64,000 nucleotides of DNA from Eledone cirrhosa (lineage: Eukaryota). Positions 37,935 through 54,178 of this stretch are shown here, one piece after another. Location: assembly GCA_964016885.1 (NCBI GenBank), contig OZ024750.1:1860001-1924000 (forward strand), read 5' to 3'. Position 1 is the first letter of the stretch. Every line of letters starts with the position of its first letter. The notes below the pieces were generated by a model. The model was not told the origin of the DNA and searched no databases. It was given only the letters and a program-made list of their open reading frames with translations. Position numbers and translations under genes: made by a program.

Positions 37935-38139
37935 CAAAGGAATTTTTGAGGCAATCCAACACGCTCGCAGGATTACTGCGGATGATGGCGAGGCTAAACA
38001 TATATATATATATGTATGTGAGTATTTATATATACACATATAACCATATACACATACACATACACACATAAATCTATAAATTCGGGCGTTTAATCTAACA
38101 CTTCAGTGAGACTTTTACCATTGTTACTGTCCTATTTTA

Positions 38140-38350
38140 AGGGCGGTGGAGCATCGGACAACATGCTTTATGACATAGAGTTGCTTCTCTTTATGTTCTG
38201 GGTTTCAAATCTCACCGAGGTTAGCTTTACCTTTTATCCTTATGAGGGTTGATATAATAAAGTACCAGTAAGACACTGGGGTCGATTTAATCGACTTTCC
38301 CCTCCCTTCAAATTGCTGGCCCTGTGCCAAAAGTAGAAACCATTATTACT
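38140..38350 (+). mobile_element. SINE family 1
   Basis: Head, core and tail. Confidence 0.8.
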
Positions 38351-38764
38351 TCTATTTTAAGGTGAATTATTTGTTATAATCCTACACAGCAAAAGAACAC
38401 AAAAAGAAAACATAAGTAAAAGCCAAACTTATTTGAAATATTTACAAGTTAATGGAGATGATTATTTGTGTAGGAGACTCACACATTATGTTGGAGGCAG
38501 TAAAATTAGTTTAATAAGTTATAAAATCTGAAACTGTAGAAATATCTGGTAGTCTCAGTCGTTATACAGAATAAGAATTAGATTCGTTTCTTTTATTTAA
38601 ACTTTTCGATTTAAATCATTTTTAAAATAAATATTAATCAAACATTTTTTTTTCTCATCAAAATTATGTTGTAAGAAATCACGGCACTTAGATCAACAGT
38701 CAGGTGAAAGCATGGATTAAAACAATCAGCCATGAACAAAATACACCTTTATAAAGATACTTAC

Positions 38765-38805
38765 ACAGTAAAGAAATTATCGTCATTACTTTGAGGTATG
38801 TTCAT
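38765..38805 (-). CDS. Innexin B, coding exon 1
   Basis: aaaATG AAC ATA CCT CAA AGT AAT GAC GAT AAT TTC TTT ACT GT|gtaagta = MNIPQSNDDNFFT(V). Phase 2; 41 nt like its paralog. Confidence 0.8.
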
Positions 38806-40031
38806 TTTGGTAAAATCCTGAGGTGTAATATTATCCCAAGAAAAAAATATCAATTAGTTAATACATCACAGTCAATTTCCCTTGCACTCCCAGAAACATG
38901 ACGAATTAAGTGAAATACGTGTAATTGTATGACCGAAAGAAATCTACGGGAAATTTGGGGGAATTTAAGGAAGAGGAGTAACGTGCCCGAAAACTTTTCT
39001 ATAAATATTGTTGTGGTGAAAATCTGCCAATCATATGAATTGTGTTTTACATGTACATAAGTTCTTGATAGTCATTAAAATATTAGTTTTTTTAAAGTCA
39101 TTGAAATATTATCACAAAAGGTGATAACAAATTTATAAAAAGAAATGTTGCATAGCAACCTTGGATTTGACCAAAAAGATATCGTACATTTGTGAAAGCT
39201 ATGCTAAAGCAGTTTTCATGTAAAATGGAGCCTGAGAGACTAGATATATAGTTTAAAGGGCTCTACAATATTCACTAATTGAACGAAAGAATGGACTACA
39301 AATATAATTCCTGTTTCCTTTTCACATAATAAAGTGTCTATATTGGACCGCCGTCGATTCCGACGACGATAATTCCAGTGGTTCAAATTATGGAACAGCC
39401 TGCTCCTGAAATTAAGGAACAAGTGACTGAAAATTCTGCAGTCACGTGTACCCTTAGCGTAGTTCTAAGGGAGATTCAGTGTGACACAAGGTGCGATAAA
39501 CCTGGCTCTTTGAATTAACAAGTACACTTCACCTTTCCAGCTGAACAGGATGGAGCAATGTGAACTAAAGTGTCCTACATAAGGATACAACGCACTGCCG
39601 GAAATCGAACTCACGTCATTACGATCGTTATCTGAACAGCCTAACCACACAGCCACGCAACATAATGTACTTAATTAAATGTACATCTGGCTGGACAGGC
39701 TTCTAACTCAGGATTGCATTGACAACTTTTGTTATTCTACTGGAAAATATTTAAAAGTGTCTGTGTGTGTGTGAGAGTGTGTATGATTTGTGTGTGTGTT
39801 TGTGTGTGTCTCTGTGTCTCTGTGTTTGTGTGGTATGTCTGTGTCTGTGTGAGAGTCTGAGTGTGTATGTGTATGTGTGTGTGTGTCTGTCCGTGTATGT
39901 GTGTCTGTGACAGTCTAAGTGTGTATGTGTGTGGTCGGTGTGTTGTACCTTGACTCAATCTCACCCCCACCACTCCACAAAAATGTTTGAAGAAATTGTT
40001 GAAACTGTCTGAAAAAAATATTGATTGATTT

Positions 40032-40101
<70 letters not shown>

Positions 40102-41908
40102 GAGTAAATGAGAGAGTGAGTGGGTTAGTGGGTTAGTGGGTGAATGGGTGAGTGGGGGAGTGAATGAGTGGGCCAGTAAGTGGAACAACAAAAATATTGA
40201 AAAAAATTGATATATCGATTGATTGGTCCCTCAAATACAACCACAGTCTCCAAGCCCGAGTATTTACCGCCCTATACAAGCTCTATAATGTCTGCTCCAT
40301 TCTCCCAATTTCAACTTAAGGGCTGGTAAGAAGATGTACCTAGCTTTTGATATTTCTTGTTTTAGCTAAAAAAAATGACTAAGCCTGCATTTTACACTAC
40401 ACAGTCCACACTCACCCCCGAAAAATCAGGTCTCAGGATATAACACTATATGATCCTAACTCACTATGCGATCTGAGTTCAAATCCCACTAAGGACTATA
40501 TCGCGACGGTGCCCTTATGATTCCAGATAGATTTTAGGAACTTTAGCATGGCATGGTATCATGTTTGAAGAGTAAATTTACTTTCAAAAGATTGCCACAG
40601 CCTAAAGCAGGATGAAAAGGTTTTGATATATGTATATTCATGTAATTTATAGTGCTTATGTATATTACATGAAGATGTTTCAAGAATTTACAGCAAGTAG
40701 CAGGTTTATGGGACACGGATGTAACTTGATCATGTAATCGGTATCAAAGGTTAAAGATAAGCCTCCATTGAACTTATATTGATAAGCTTTCGTCAGTTTT
40801 GATCAACGGAGCATCCTGCTCATGGAATTAACATGTAACTGACTTGAGCATTCTACAGACACGTGGACCCTCAGGAAGATTCAGTGTGTCACAGTATGTG
40901 ACAAGGCTGACCGTTTGAATTACAGTTATAGTCCATCCGAAAAGCTTCTAAACTTTCCGTCTACACTATTTAACGCACAAGAGTCTACTCGAATCTATAG
41001 TTAATTAGCTCCCTAACCCAGTATCTAATTAGTTCCCTAACCATTCGGCCATGTTTTTTACTTTTCCTTGATACATCCAGTTCCTTATTAGGTCAATATT
41101 ATTGAGAAAGTTATGAACGTCTCACAACCCAAATTTGTTTCACTTATAAATTATTGTATTGTTATAGACTTCGTATTCAGTGTTAAATTTACATTCGGGC
41201 GTAAGAGGGCTTTATATCTCAGAACCTCACAGTCCAGAGGACCCCAACCCGTTTTAAATATATATTGAAATATGAGCAAATGATGGGGGACACCAGATTT
41301 TCTCTAGCCAAGGGCCTGTAGCTGCTTTGACTGAAAACCAACTTTGTTTCTATGAAACAAACTTCCTTTTTCTGTCTTTGCCAATTACATTTTAGCCTAT
41401 TTTATTACTTATATGTGTATTGTATGTGTATTGTGTTTGTGTAAAGAATGTTGGTATCTTTAATGTGATATTCACGTCATATTTTCTTTACATTCATAGA
41501 AATTTACATAAATAAATCAAATATATAATAATTTCCTTGGATCAATAAATAAATCATTAAAAATGTTTACTGTGTGACAACATTAGAGAAATATCTAAGG
41601 TGGTAGAGAAAGTTGTGTGGTGCTATGGTTACCTGTTGTCTGGTTTAACGTCTGCTACGTAGTAGAAATAACTTAGTAATTTGTTTAGTGGGATCAGAAG
41701 AACAAGTATCAAAAACTAGGCTTGGCAACCCTTCAAACTATTAATTGAAATTATTTTATTTGGAGGAATAGGACACATTTTTATTCTTTCGTTTTCCATC
41801 ATTTTAAGAACCTTTGTTTATATTCTGCTATTGTTGTAAATTTAGTATTCCATTTTTCCATTTCTCCAGTGATTCATATTAAGCATAAGAAATACACTGA
41901 GGTATATA

Positions 41909-42009
41909 GAGGGTGTTACACAAAAGTGTATACACAGTTTGATTACCTGTACTGGCAATATTTATTAGAATGCTGTTGAAGTGTGTATACATTTTGGGGG
42001 AACACCCTG
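41909..42009. mobile_element. Tc1/mariner-type MITE
   Basis: TA|GAGGGTGTTACACAAAAGTGTATACAC...GTGTATACATTTTGGGGGAACACCCTG|TA. Confidence 0.7.
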
Positions 42010-42194
42010 TATGTATTTATATAGCAATGCACACACGGCCCAGTAACTCCCGGGGGAGACGTAGCGAGCACTGTATTGACATACAGTGTCTCTAGGACAT
42101 TTTAAAACCTGGGGGAGCCATCTCTCCTGGCCTGAATACAGCAGATTTCTTCCACAGAAGGTTAGAGTGAGGGTGACAATGGAAATTAGAAAGA

Positions 42195-42350
42195 GATATA
42201 GAGGAAGAATCGACCTCAGTAGTAGACTGGTACTTTTTTCTATCGCCGTCAAATAGATGAAAGGCAAAGTTGACCTCGGCGGGATTTGAACTCAGGGAGC
42301 AGAGAGCCGAAATAAATACTGCAAAGTATTCTATCTGACGTTCTAATGTC
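42195..42350 (-). mobile_element. SINE family 1 variant
   Basis: gatgaaaggcaaagttgacctcggcgggatttgaactc. Confidence 0.7.
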
Positions 42351-42889
42351 GGAATACCATAACATTAAAAACAAAAAATCAGGGTTCAAATAGGAAAAAT
42401 TCAGATCAAAGTTCGTTAATAAAAATTAGCTCCAAATTAATAGAGTTCAGTATTTTAATAAACAAACAAACAAAATATCAGTTTATGGGTGAAGATAACG
42501 TCCGTTTAACTCTGATAAACAAAGAAGGTGAATTCAAAACATTGAAACACTCAATGATTTGACAGGGAATTTTGAATTGTCTCCCTTGATGTCAATTGTC
42601 AGTTTTCAGAGAGAAAAGTCTGGACTGTTGTAAAAGATAAGATTTTGGGGAGAGTGTGTGTGTGTGGGGGGGGGGGGGGGAGGTTGTCAAATTAAACAAG
42701 ATTTATTAAACCTATTGAATGGAAGAGAAATTTTAAAATATTTAACCCAGGTTATACACGTCGGTGAATGTTCTACAATTTGGTAGTAAAGGCAGTGGTA
42801 CGTCGCCTCGCATACACACACATATACACACACACACACTAACATATATATACTCATATACATAATAATAATAATACATAATAATAATA

Positions 42890-43090
42890 ATGATTTCTAG
42901 TATAGGCACAAGACCAGTAATTTGTGTAGAGGGAAAGTCGATTAAATCAACCCCAGTACATTACTGGTACTTTATTTTATCGACCCCGTAGGGATGAAAG
43001 GCAAAGTTAACCTCGGTTGAATTTGAACTCAGAACGTAAATGGCCGTAACTCTATGCTGCAAAGCATGGTGTCTGACACTCTACCGATTA
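42890..43090 (-). mobile_element. SINE family 1
   Basis: Reverse complement of tail, core and head. Confidence 0.85.
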
Positions 43091-43511
43091 ATAATAATGA
43101 TCTATATATTTTAACTGTTTATTTCAGGACTTACTCTCGAGTTTCCAATAATCCCCCAACCCGCTTATTAATTTTAAAGATATTTCCAAGCCTTCGTTTA
43201 TTAAATTTTGGCCATCTATCTCCAGCGAAATTTTGATATATATATTTTTTTCATTTAATGGAGACAGCCTAGAAAAATTACCCCCACCCCCGCTTCTTAA
43301 ACCCCGTCCCCCACCTACTATTTGGGATCCGAGAGTATGGCAGTTTCTCTTTGTGTTTTAATGTTGTTTTCCCCAGTCTATGATAAGTGTACGAATATAT
43401 CTAATACTTCTTACTCAAACCACACACACACAGAGTCAGAGACGGGAGGGTCTGGATGTAATTTTATAGATTTATGTGTGAAGTCCTTCCAGAAATGTCA
43501 CTTAAAATATA

Positions 43512-43552
<41 letters not shown>

Positions 43553-43555
43553 TAT

Positions 43556-43636
<81 letters not shown>

Positions 43637-43772
43637 ATAATAAATTTGAAGACTAAAATCCAAAGAGGGCTCGATAAGGATAAATATATATCAAATATAT
43701 AAGAACCGTAGAGCAAATATTTATTAGAATAACAGATTATGGTCCATCTGGTTCTTTACCACACCTCCTTCG

Positions 43773-43848
<76 letters not shown>

Positions 43849-44745
43849 CGAAGGAGTTGTGGTAAGGAACCAGATGGACCATAACGCACCAGAGTACTCA
43901 ATACTTAGGGTAGTAGAGTGGGTAATAGGAAAATGCTTGACCCTGACGGCAGAGCTCAAGCCGTTCGACGGCTATTTCTGGACTCCTGAGTCTAGAAATA
44001 GCCGTCGAAACGGCTTGAGCTCTGCCGTCGGGGTCAAACATTTTCCTACATTCACATATATATATATATTACTTAAATATAAAGTAAAACAAGAATAAAT
44101 GGTGATGTTTTGGCGTTCATACTTATTTCAAAGATAAGCAACGTAAATGCGGTAGTTCTGACTGAGTGATAGAACAGACTAACTTTATTTGTCGAGCTAG
44201 CAAGCTGTCACCATTTGTAGTTATATCTAAGATGAACAGAATTGCTTCCCTTGCGTCATAATTGTCAAATTGTTAGTAACATGAAGCAAATGCAGTTAGC
44301 CAAGACAGCAAAACGCCAGGAAATTATTAGTTTTTTAGCAAAGTCTAAAGGCAATATGATAGCTTATAACTTTCCATTCCCTTGAGCTTTTCAGATAAAT
44401 ATTAGATCAGTATTGTGCTAGAATTAATTCAATCGATTATACGTTTGTCAGTCTTAGTAGTTTAGAAGTTCTATTTTACAGCTTCATTTTAATATATCGC
44501 TTGTGCAAATGGCGCATAGAGAGCTCATATTGGTACCACCGCCAGTAATCAACTGAACAACCTCAACCATTTGCTCCTTTCTCAAGCTGCGTACCATGGA
44601 GAGGTTTCATATACATCTCAACTGAAGGATACCCCCTATCGTGTACACTCTGGAATAGCATAGTGCTCATATTGGTACCACCGCCAGTAATCAACAAAAT
44701 TACAGAACCATTTTTTTTTTTACTTTTCCAAACTCCTTTGTTCCA

Positions 44746-44812
<67 letters not shown>

Positions 44813-44820
44813 CTCTGCAT

Positions 44821-44855
44821 TTCCTGAAGAAGGACTTATATCCGACATGTCGAAG
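44821..44855 (+). ncRNA. Decayed hammerhead motif (GAAA to GACA), similar to 1313-1348
   Basis: TTC-CTGAAGA-A-GGA(CTTATA)TCC-GACA-TG-TC-GAA. Confidence 0.4.
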
Positions 44856-44898
44856 CCCCATTTACTTCTTTTCAAGTGTGACGCCAACGAATATAGAA

Positions 44899-44942
<44 letters not shown>

Positions 44943-45000
44943 TGTGGGTGAACGAGGTCGTTACACGGGTAACTACTATGTCATCAAAAGCCTGTTCAAA

Positions 45001-45570
45001 TGGCGGTGGGTGGTCATTAGAGCATCGGACAAATCCTACAGAATTTGTGCGGGGTTTTTACTTTTGGAATGTAAATCCTGTCGAGGTCAACATTACCTGT
45101 CGAGGGCGATAAAACACAGTACCAGTAAAGTATTGGTGTTATAATCGACTCCCCCTTCCTCCGCTAAAAACAAAATATTGCTGGCCTTGTGTCGAAATTA
45201 AAAATCGTTATTAGTCTGTTCTGTTATGAATGATTAAATGTTAAAGAAAATTCTACCAATTCTGTCAAGATTTTCAGAGTTATATAGTTACACAACAGAT
45301 ATAATATTGTGCAGTAAATAGCATTTATTTAGTAGCAGTGACAAGACATTATAGCGTTATAGCAGTAAATACAATCAAAATGGCTCCACAAATGTTAGTC
45401 TTAAAACCGGCTTTTCCAAAACATTAGGTATTATTTTCTAAGGCAAAGTTAACCTACAAATCCCGCCGGGGTTAACTTTGCCTTTCATCCTTACGGGGTC
45501 GATAAAATAAAGTACCAGTAATACACTGGGATAATTGTTGGCCTTGTGCCAAAAGTAGAAACAATTATTT
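45001..45570 (+). mobile_element. Two SINE family 1 copies (45001-45212 diverged; 45440-45570 with 5' inversion)
   Basis: Core and tail motifs. Confidence 0.75.
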
Positions 45571-47689
45571 TATAATAACATTGATTTTTTATTCCTTTTG
45601 AAAATTGCCTTAGTTACGTCGACATTTTTTAAATTTAAAATCTAATTACTTTGCGGCAATTTTCTTGTTTTTTTTTTATTTGGGGGGTATTTATTTTCTT
45701 TTACTTTCCACTGATGCCTTAGTAAATACAATACATTTGTGTGAGTGTTTATAATAAAATATCTATATATGTACTTTCATTCACACCTTTGTGAAAAAGT
45801 AGCCTGGGTCATTATTTAGACACAGCTGTTTCCATATGTTATATAGATTAACAATATTTTTCTAAAACTATGCTATTTCAATGGATTGTTCTTCCTTTTC
45901 AACCAACTAAAGTAGATAATTAGACGTGCTATTATTTAAATAAATAAAAGAAAGAATTAATTTTGTTCACATATACGTGAAAGTAAGTGTGTACACAGAT
46001 ACATATCATGTTTACCAATGAATATGATTCGATAAAAGGAGATTTCTCCCTTGCCAACAGCAATAGTTCGAGTAGATAACCTTTGGAGAGCAAGGTAAGC
46101 AGTTAAACTATGATTTTACTAACAATAAATCAGACGCTAGAATAATGGTTTACAATTATCGTAAACCATCATTTAAATGGTGCATTGCTAAAATTTACAA
46201 TGAAACATATACTTAAACACTTCCTATGTACCAAAAGTGCAATAATGGATATAAGATAGAAAAGAACCACATTCGTCTTGATTCTAATTCCGATGTAATT
46301 TGATATTCTATGAAATACAATATTTCTTGTGATGAAGGATGATAGTTTAATTAAAGCATTGTATTGATTAGAAAGAAATGGCGTGTTTATAAACTATGGA
46401 ATTATTGTCAATGAAACAATAAAGCAGGGCGAAAAAATTATAGATAAAATTTGTTATTAATGATTAATGATATTGGTATCAAAGTAGATTGTTGCTAATA
46501 AAGTAGTTGAGATAATAACGTGTTTGTAGATAATAAAATACTTAAAGATAATGAAGTGGTTTATAGACAATAGAGTGTTTGTAGATAATGTTCTTTTGGA
46601 AAGATTCAATTTTTTAGATCTTAAATGTTGTTTTTAGCTACAGGTCTTACTAAGCTGGACAAACCTGAAATCAAAGGCATTCTAGCCGTGAACATCCCAT
46701 CGTATTCGTGTGTGTGTGTGTTTTGGGGGGTTAGGCAATCTTCACCGATCTACATTATGCAATGTGTCTTCCCTATTGTGAACCGATGGTTTGGTTATTT
46801 CTAGCAGATCAAGCGACTACACATAGTCTAAAGTTTATCTCGAGTTCGGAGGATGATCAGGCCAATACAGATCCCACCATCGGAATGTTAAACATCCAGC
46901 TATTACTGGTACTCATTTTCATCTGAGTATACTGGAGCAACACACAACCCAGTCCACGAATCGAACCCACGACATTATGATCGTAAGTCCAACACCCTTA
47001 CCACTAGGCCATGCTTCACTGTAATCTACAACGTAGATAATACCGGCCTTATATCAGCTCTGAAGGCGTGGCTTCTTATCATTAATACTAACATATGCTT
47101 TACAACTGACATACCCATCGGAGTTATCTCCCGTGTTAGCTCCATTTAAAAACTAATGTTAACTAAGTCCAACATTTTTTCTCATAATGACAGAAGCAAC
47201 GCTGCGATTATTTCTGATGTAAAACCCATTGGAAACAATAGATTTCATTAATTTATTACAAAGTATATAATCAATGCTTCTTTATAATTAAATTATTAAA
47301 TAATCTCATTTGTCAATATCTCTTAATGTTATTTTACAAAGATATATATAGTAAGACAGTTATTATAGAGCGACAGAATAAAATGGCAGAAACTATAAGA
47401 CAACTGAGGAAGGCAAAATAAAGCTAAAGAGTTTAGAGTTGTCTTTCTTGTTTAATCGGCCATAGAATAATTATACTTTAGCTAACCTTTAATATTTTTC
47501 TGCTAATCTTTATATTTAACCCAACTACGAGTATGTCGGGTGTTGAAAACATTAGAAATTATAAAAAAAACTTTTATAATTATCAATGCTTTGAATCTCA
47601 ATCATTGATGTTATTTAACTGGTAGCCTCAGATATTCAGGACGTATCGGAGGGTTCTTGCTGTTCCCGGCAAGCAATATTATTATTATC

Positions 47690-48223
47690 ATTGTGGATTG
47701 ACAGTATCGGTAAAGAATCGGACACCATGCTTTGCAGCATAGAGTTACGGCCCTTTCATCCTTACGGGGTCGATAAAATAAAGCACCAGTAACGTACTGT
47801 GGTCGATTTAATCGACTTACCCCTCCTCCCAAATTACTGGCCTTGTGCCTATACTAGAAATCATTATTATTATTATTATTTTATTATTACTATTATTATA
47901 TGTAGATCGAAGTTAGCCTTTCACCCTTAGCAAGTTAATCAAAGTACCAAAACGATTTAATCGACTTTTCTCCTCCACTAAAATTGCTGGACTTGTGCCT
48001 AAAGTAGAAACAAATATTATATGTAGGGCGGATTGGCAGTATCAGCATAGAGTTACGGCTCTTTACGTTCTGAGTTTAAATCCTGTCGAGCTTAGCTTTG
48101 TCTTTCATCCTTAGCAAGTTGATAAAATAAAGTAGGTACCAGTAACGTACTGGGGTCGATTTAATCGACTTTCCCCACTCCCAAAAATGCTGGTCTTGTG
48201 CCTAAAGTAGAAACAATTATTAT
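47690..48223 (+). mobile_element. Tandem array of three SINE family 1 copies
   Basis: Three head-to-tail units separated by (TTA)n tails. Confidence 0.85.
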
Positions 48224-49679
48224 AAGTAGATTGAGGGAGAAATAGAAAATAGCTTGAATACACCTGGTCGGAGATTAAAGGTGAAATATCACTAGAGGCT
48301 TTATATATTTAATGGTCAGGTAAATATGTTGTCACAAGAATGTGGTAGGATGTCTTACATTAGTAATTATTCACTTACTGTCCAGAGGGACATAACCTAA
48401 TCATACTTATAAACTCCTGCGCCTATATATGTATGTGTGTGTGAGTGTGTGTGTGTGGGCGCGCGTGTGTGTATGGGTGTGTATATGTATGCTTTTTGTG
48501 TGTATATGTATGCTTTTTGTGTGTGTATGTATGTACGACGTATCTGTATGTGTGCGTATATTAGCGTGTATGTTTGTGTGTATATATATGTGTATGTAAG
48601 CATGTATCTATGAATGTGTATGTATGTATGCGTATAGGAGTATATGTTTGTGTGTATGTATATATGTGCGTGCGTGTGCGTGTGCGTGTGTCTATGTATG
48701 TGTGCGTGGATGTGCATATATGTATGTATGTTTGAATGTGTGCGTGTGTGCATGTGTGTATGTACATTAGTGGTGTGCGGGTATGTGTGTGTATATATGT
48801 ATGTGTATGCGTATATGTAAGCATGAACGTGTGTGTGTATGTATGCATGAGTGTGTATATTCATGTGTGTGTGTGTGCGTGTGTGTGTACGTATGTTTGT
48901 ATGTACGTATATGTGTGTGTGTACACATGTATATATATATGAGATTAAGAACAGAAGTGAATCCTATCTTGAACAAAAGTTATCGAAACTAGATCAATAA
49001 TTCGATTGTTTCTGGTTACGGAAGCAGGAAACGTGGAATAAATGATAAAAAAAAATCAGACGAGAAGAAACTTCTGATAAAATAATAAATCCAATATGGC
49101 GGCACAAGTTTGTTTATTTATAACTCAGATGACGCAGAAATGTTTCAGGATGAACAATTATAATGTTAGATGGGGTATCACAAAATGAAAACCACGTGCA
49201 ACAGATAATAAAAAAAAAATACAATACAATACAAACAAGTACAGGAATAGTTTTATTTCAAATGATAGCGACACTAAATCCATGCTCTTTTCACAAATAC
49301 ATAGACACCAAACGAATGGTAAATATACTGTACCAGTTTTGCTAGAAACTGTATTGGTTTTCCAGAAATGTATCTTAGCGTAATCTAAGAGTGCCGCTGA
49401 AAAAAGCCAAACGATGAGATATGATACGAATATACGAATATATCAAAAACAATGAATGTACTAACTACTAAGGCAGACTAATATATACGAAAGAAAAGCA
49501 TAAATATATTTTACTGATGAGAATGTGTAATGGCAAGGCAACCTCCATCACCATTATCAAATGGTTTATAGTAATGTATCAAGTTGAATATATATTTAAT
49601 GGTTATGACATTGAAAAGGAAAAACATAGAGAGATGCTGGAAAGAAAATTAATAATAGTGTATGACGAATATATATTTA

Positions 49680-49725
<46 letters not shown>

Positions 49726-49833
49726 CATACATGGATAAAGGAAACAAGTTAGGAGAAGAGTTTCGCTTCGTTTGAAAATTCTCAGTCATCGTAATTATGA
49801 CACGGACCATAAAGAAAACATTCTAATATACAC

Positions 49834-49955
<122 letters not shown>

Positions 49956-49966
49956 GAAGACGGAAA

Positions 49967-50671
<705 letters not shown>

Positions 50672-50674
50672 CTT

Positions 50675-50763
<89 letters not shown>

Positions 50764-51700
50764 TATATAGACACACACACATATATATTTATATATATAA
50801 TTGTGTGGGTAATTAAAGGCATGGACGTAATTAAATTAAAATATGTTAATATGCCGTGATTGAGAATATAAACAAAACAAGAACGTTATATAACTTGTGA
50901 AGGAATATGTGAAACAATGTGAAGTAAATGAGAAACGAGAATCTCTTAGAAACGTCAGTACCGTGTTCTTCCATGTATTCTGCATAGTTTTTGTTTTTTT
51001 CACCTTTTTCCCTGTTTGTTTTAGGGTTGTGTGGTATACATCATACCTAAATGTTATACAGCGAAACTAGGCTTTTCCAGATATTTGTTCTGGTCAAGAA
51101 GGGGTGCGTGTTAGACACGGAAGAATACAATATACTACTAAGAGGTCTCGGGGATTTTTTTTTTTTAAATCAATGACGACAAAAGAAGAAATTGTTTCGC
51201 TAATATAGTTGTGGTTAAGAGGTTGGTTACGCCACCAAGAGACTCCAGATGTGTTGTGTGTATGCGTACGTGCATGTGTGTGTGTGTGCGTGTGCGTGTG
51301 TGTGAATGTATGTGTGTGTGTGTGCATGTGTATGCGTGTGTGTGTCTGTGTCTGTGTGAGTTTGTATATATATATGTGTGTTTATGTTTATATATTATAT
51401 ATTTATGGAAATACTGGTAAGTTCTACAAAATATTTCTATATGAAAACAAGAAAACTGAATGGTGACATCGGATGAGAATATTCGAGTAATTTATAGAGA
51501 CGCTAATTATTAGGTAATGTTTTGTTGGGTGGGGAAGTGGTGGTCTTTCTCTGGTAACTTCTCTGGATATATCGATAGATCACCCTCCAAGTTCGATACG
51601 ATAAATCAATGCAGGAGTTCTTTGGTTACAAATATAATATGTGAAAACTTATGTGTAGGTAATCATTTGTGAATGAGGGAAAACATGTCTCAGCTAAGTA

Positions 51701-51776
<76 letters not shown>

Positions 51777-51784
51777 GAGAGAGA

Positions 51785-51836
<52 letters not shown>

Positions 51837-52070
51837 TCTATCTATATAAATATATATATATACATATATACTTAGTTTATACTTATTTTTTCAATAGTGT
51901 CACTTTGACGAATCAAAGAAAGGATAAAAAAAGAAAAAAAGACCCTTAAATATATTTTGCGTGCTATTTCCAACTTCACCTTTTCTCTCTCTCTATATAT
52001 ATATATATAGTAATAATAATAAAAGGGTGAAAGCAGCGATTCTTTGCTTAAACTTTAATCTGTTATTTTA

Positions 52071-52137
<67 letters not shown>

Positions 52138-52229
52138 TTTGTTGGTTCACCACTGGATAGACTGGTCATTCCGTATGGTCAACCTCGATGTAATATTAGG
52201 GAGATCACTCGACGTAATGCAACTCACCC

Positions 52230-52271
<42 letters not shown>

Positions 52272-52486
52272 AAAAGCATCATTTACCTTCTGTTGAAGGT
52301 AAATAAATCTAAGCCTAACCCATGCTACCCCCGAACTCAAACAAACGCAAACCATAATCCTACAGTCGAGCTAACCCACCGTTTACATAGCGCACCCCCT
52401 CTCTTAAATTTGATTGAAACACGTTCTTCAAAACCATTGCCAAACCCTCTCTGTAAAACAACAACCAACCTGCTTCAATTACTGAT

Positions 52487-52606
52487 ATGGAGCGACGTCA
52501 TCAGGCTGCGCCCGTTGTATTGCGTATGGAGCGACGGGTGTCATCAGGCTGCACCCGCTGTATTACGTATGGAGCGACGGGTGTCATCAGGCTGCACCCG
52601 TTATAT
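52487..52606. repeat. ~42-bp tandem repeat x3
   Basis: ATGGAGCGACGGGTGTCATCAGGCTGCACCCG units. Confidence 0.85.
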
Positions 52607-52809
52607 TAAGTAGTTAGGCTGTTGCTACTAATAACCCATTACGTAATTGACACGGCAATCAGACGTAATCAGTACAACCAGACAGAATGGTGAATACTTT
52701 CACCGAAAGTATAGTGGACTGGAAGTGGCACAAGTTCTTGTTGGTCGCCATCTCTATCCCGGTTCAAATTGGTCCTTTTTTTATTTCCGATGGCATGGCG
52801 TGAATGGAG

Positions 52810-53442
52810 GGAGATTTTATTAGGTAGTATCGGTAGAGGGTCGGACGCCATGCTTTGCAGCAAATAGTTACGGCCCTTTACTAATGAGTTCAAATCCCAC
52901 CGAGGTTAACTTTGCCTTTCATCTTTACGGGGTCGATAAAATAAAGTACCAGTAATACACTGGAATAATTGCTGGCCTTGTGCCCAAAATAGAAACAATT
53001 ATTAATGGACACGGTAGGGGTGGGGTGGGCTGGCAGTATCGGTAGAACGTCGGATAACATGCTTTGCAGCATATAGTTACGGCCCTTTACCTTTTGAGTT
53101 CAAATCCCGCCGAGGTTGACTTTGCTTTTCATCCTTACCGGGTCGATAAAATAAAGTACCAGTAATGTACTAAGGTCGATTCAATTTTTCCCGTTCCCTT
53201 CAAATTACTGGCCTTGTGCCTACATCAGAAACCATTATTAACAGACACGAGGGCCATATATTAGTAGAACCGTGAGAACGTCGGACAAAATACTTTGCGT
53301 CATTTTTCTTGGAACTTTACGTTCTGGGTTCGATTGATCTGGGGTCGATAAAATATAATCCAAGTCTCGTACTGAGATCGATATAATCGATTTCCTCGCC
53401 TCAACTGTTGCTGGTCTTGTAACTGAATTAGATGCTATTATG
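52810..53442 (+). mobile_element. Tandem array of three SINE family 1 copies
   Basis: Units at ~52810, ~53022 and ~53250. Confidence 0.85.
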
Positions 53443-54062
53443 AACCGATTGATAAGGTTTTAACCACTTCAGACATTTTACGTAATTTTCAGATAAATAA
53501 AGGCGCAATGACTTGCCAATGTAATTTTTCGTGCGGAAAACAAAATTATGCGATGAAAGGGCAACATTATATCTGTGCAATATTTCCTATTATGAAAAGT
53601 AGAGTCACTCAGTAATAAATATTTCATAAGACATTACTTTATATTTAGAGCTACTATGAAAGCCTTGTGAAGTGTGATATTTCAAACCAATGTTATTTCA
53701 TAAGCATGATTACCTTTCGTGTCAAATAAGTAAGAAATTACAAATATAGTAGGTCAGCCACATTTCCAAATTACAGAGAAGTTAATTCACCTAATCTTCA
53801 AATAATAACTAAATTCTACCAATTTCTTAAATAGTAAAAAGGTCAACCCTGGAAGTTCTCGACTAAACTATCATTTTTATGGCTCTTAATTTCTTTGGGT
53901 GTTGGTTCTTTGACCTACTTTTGGCAAAAATAATATGTGTACCGAATTGACTAAAATACCATATTATGACATTGTTTTGGTTTGGTTTGGTTTTTCTCCT
54001 GGTATAATACTAACCAAATATTTCCATTCTATATTGCTGGACGACTGAGCTCTTGCCGATAT

Positions 54063-54098
<36 letters not shown>

Positions 54099-54113
54099 TA
54101 TTGTTATATATTG

Positions 54114-54178
54114 TATTTTGTCTGATGAAGGCATACCATGATTTAATTTGGTATCCCTGAAATATGTATAATGAAATA
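54114..54178 (+). ncRNA. Complete type I hammerhead motif; 3' half also present at ~3895-4060
   Basis: TATTTTGT-CTGATGA-AGGCATACCA..TGGTATCCCT-GAAA-TATGTA-TA-ATGAAATA. Confidence 0.65.

Noticed and set aside
44563-44700. DRGYPSVEMYMKPLHG as a Harbinger transposase relic
   Set aside because: Similarity is too short and weak to support without a search.
46061-46094. Plus-strand AG...GTAAGC-bounded 34-nt candidate exon
   Set aside because: No partner exons or recognisable peptide.
49015-49105. ETS-like CGGAAG and YY1-like AATATGGCGGC motifs as a promoter
   Set aside because: Isolated short motifs; the ATG opens only an 8-codon frame and no linked gene was found.
52487-52606. CTGATGA (minus strand) inside hairpin-forming tandem repeats as possible hammerheads
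   Set aside because: No GAAA or stem III partner.
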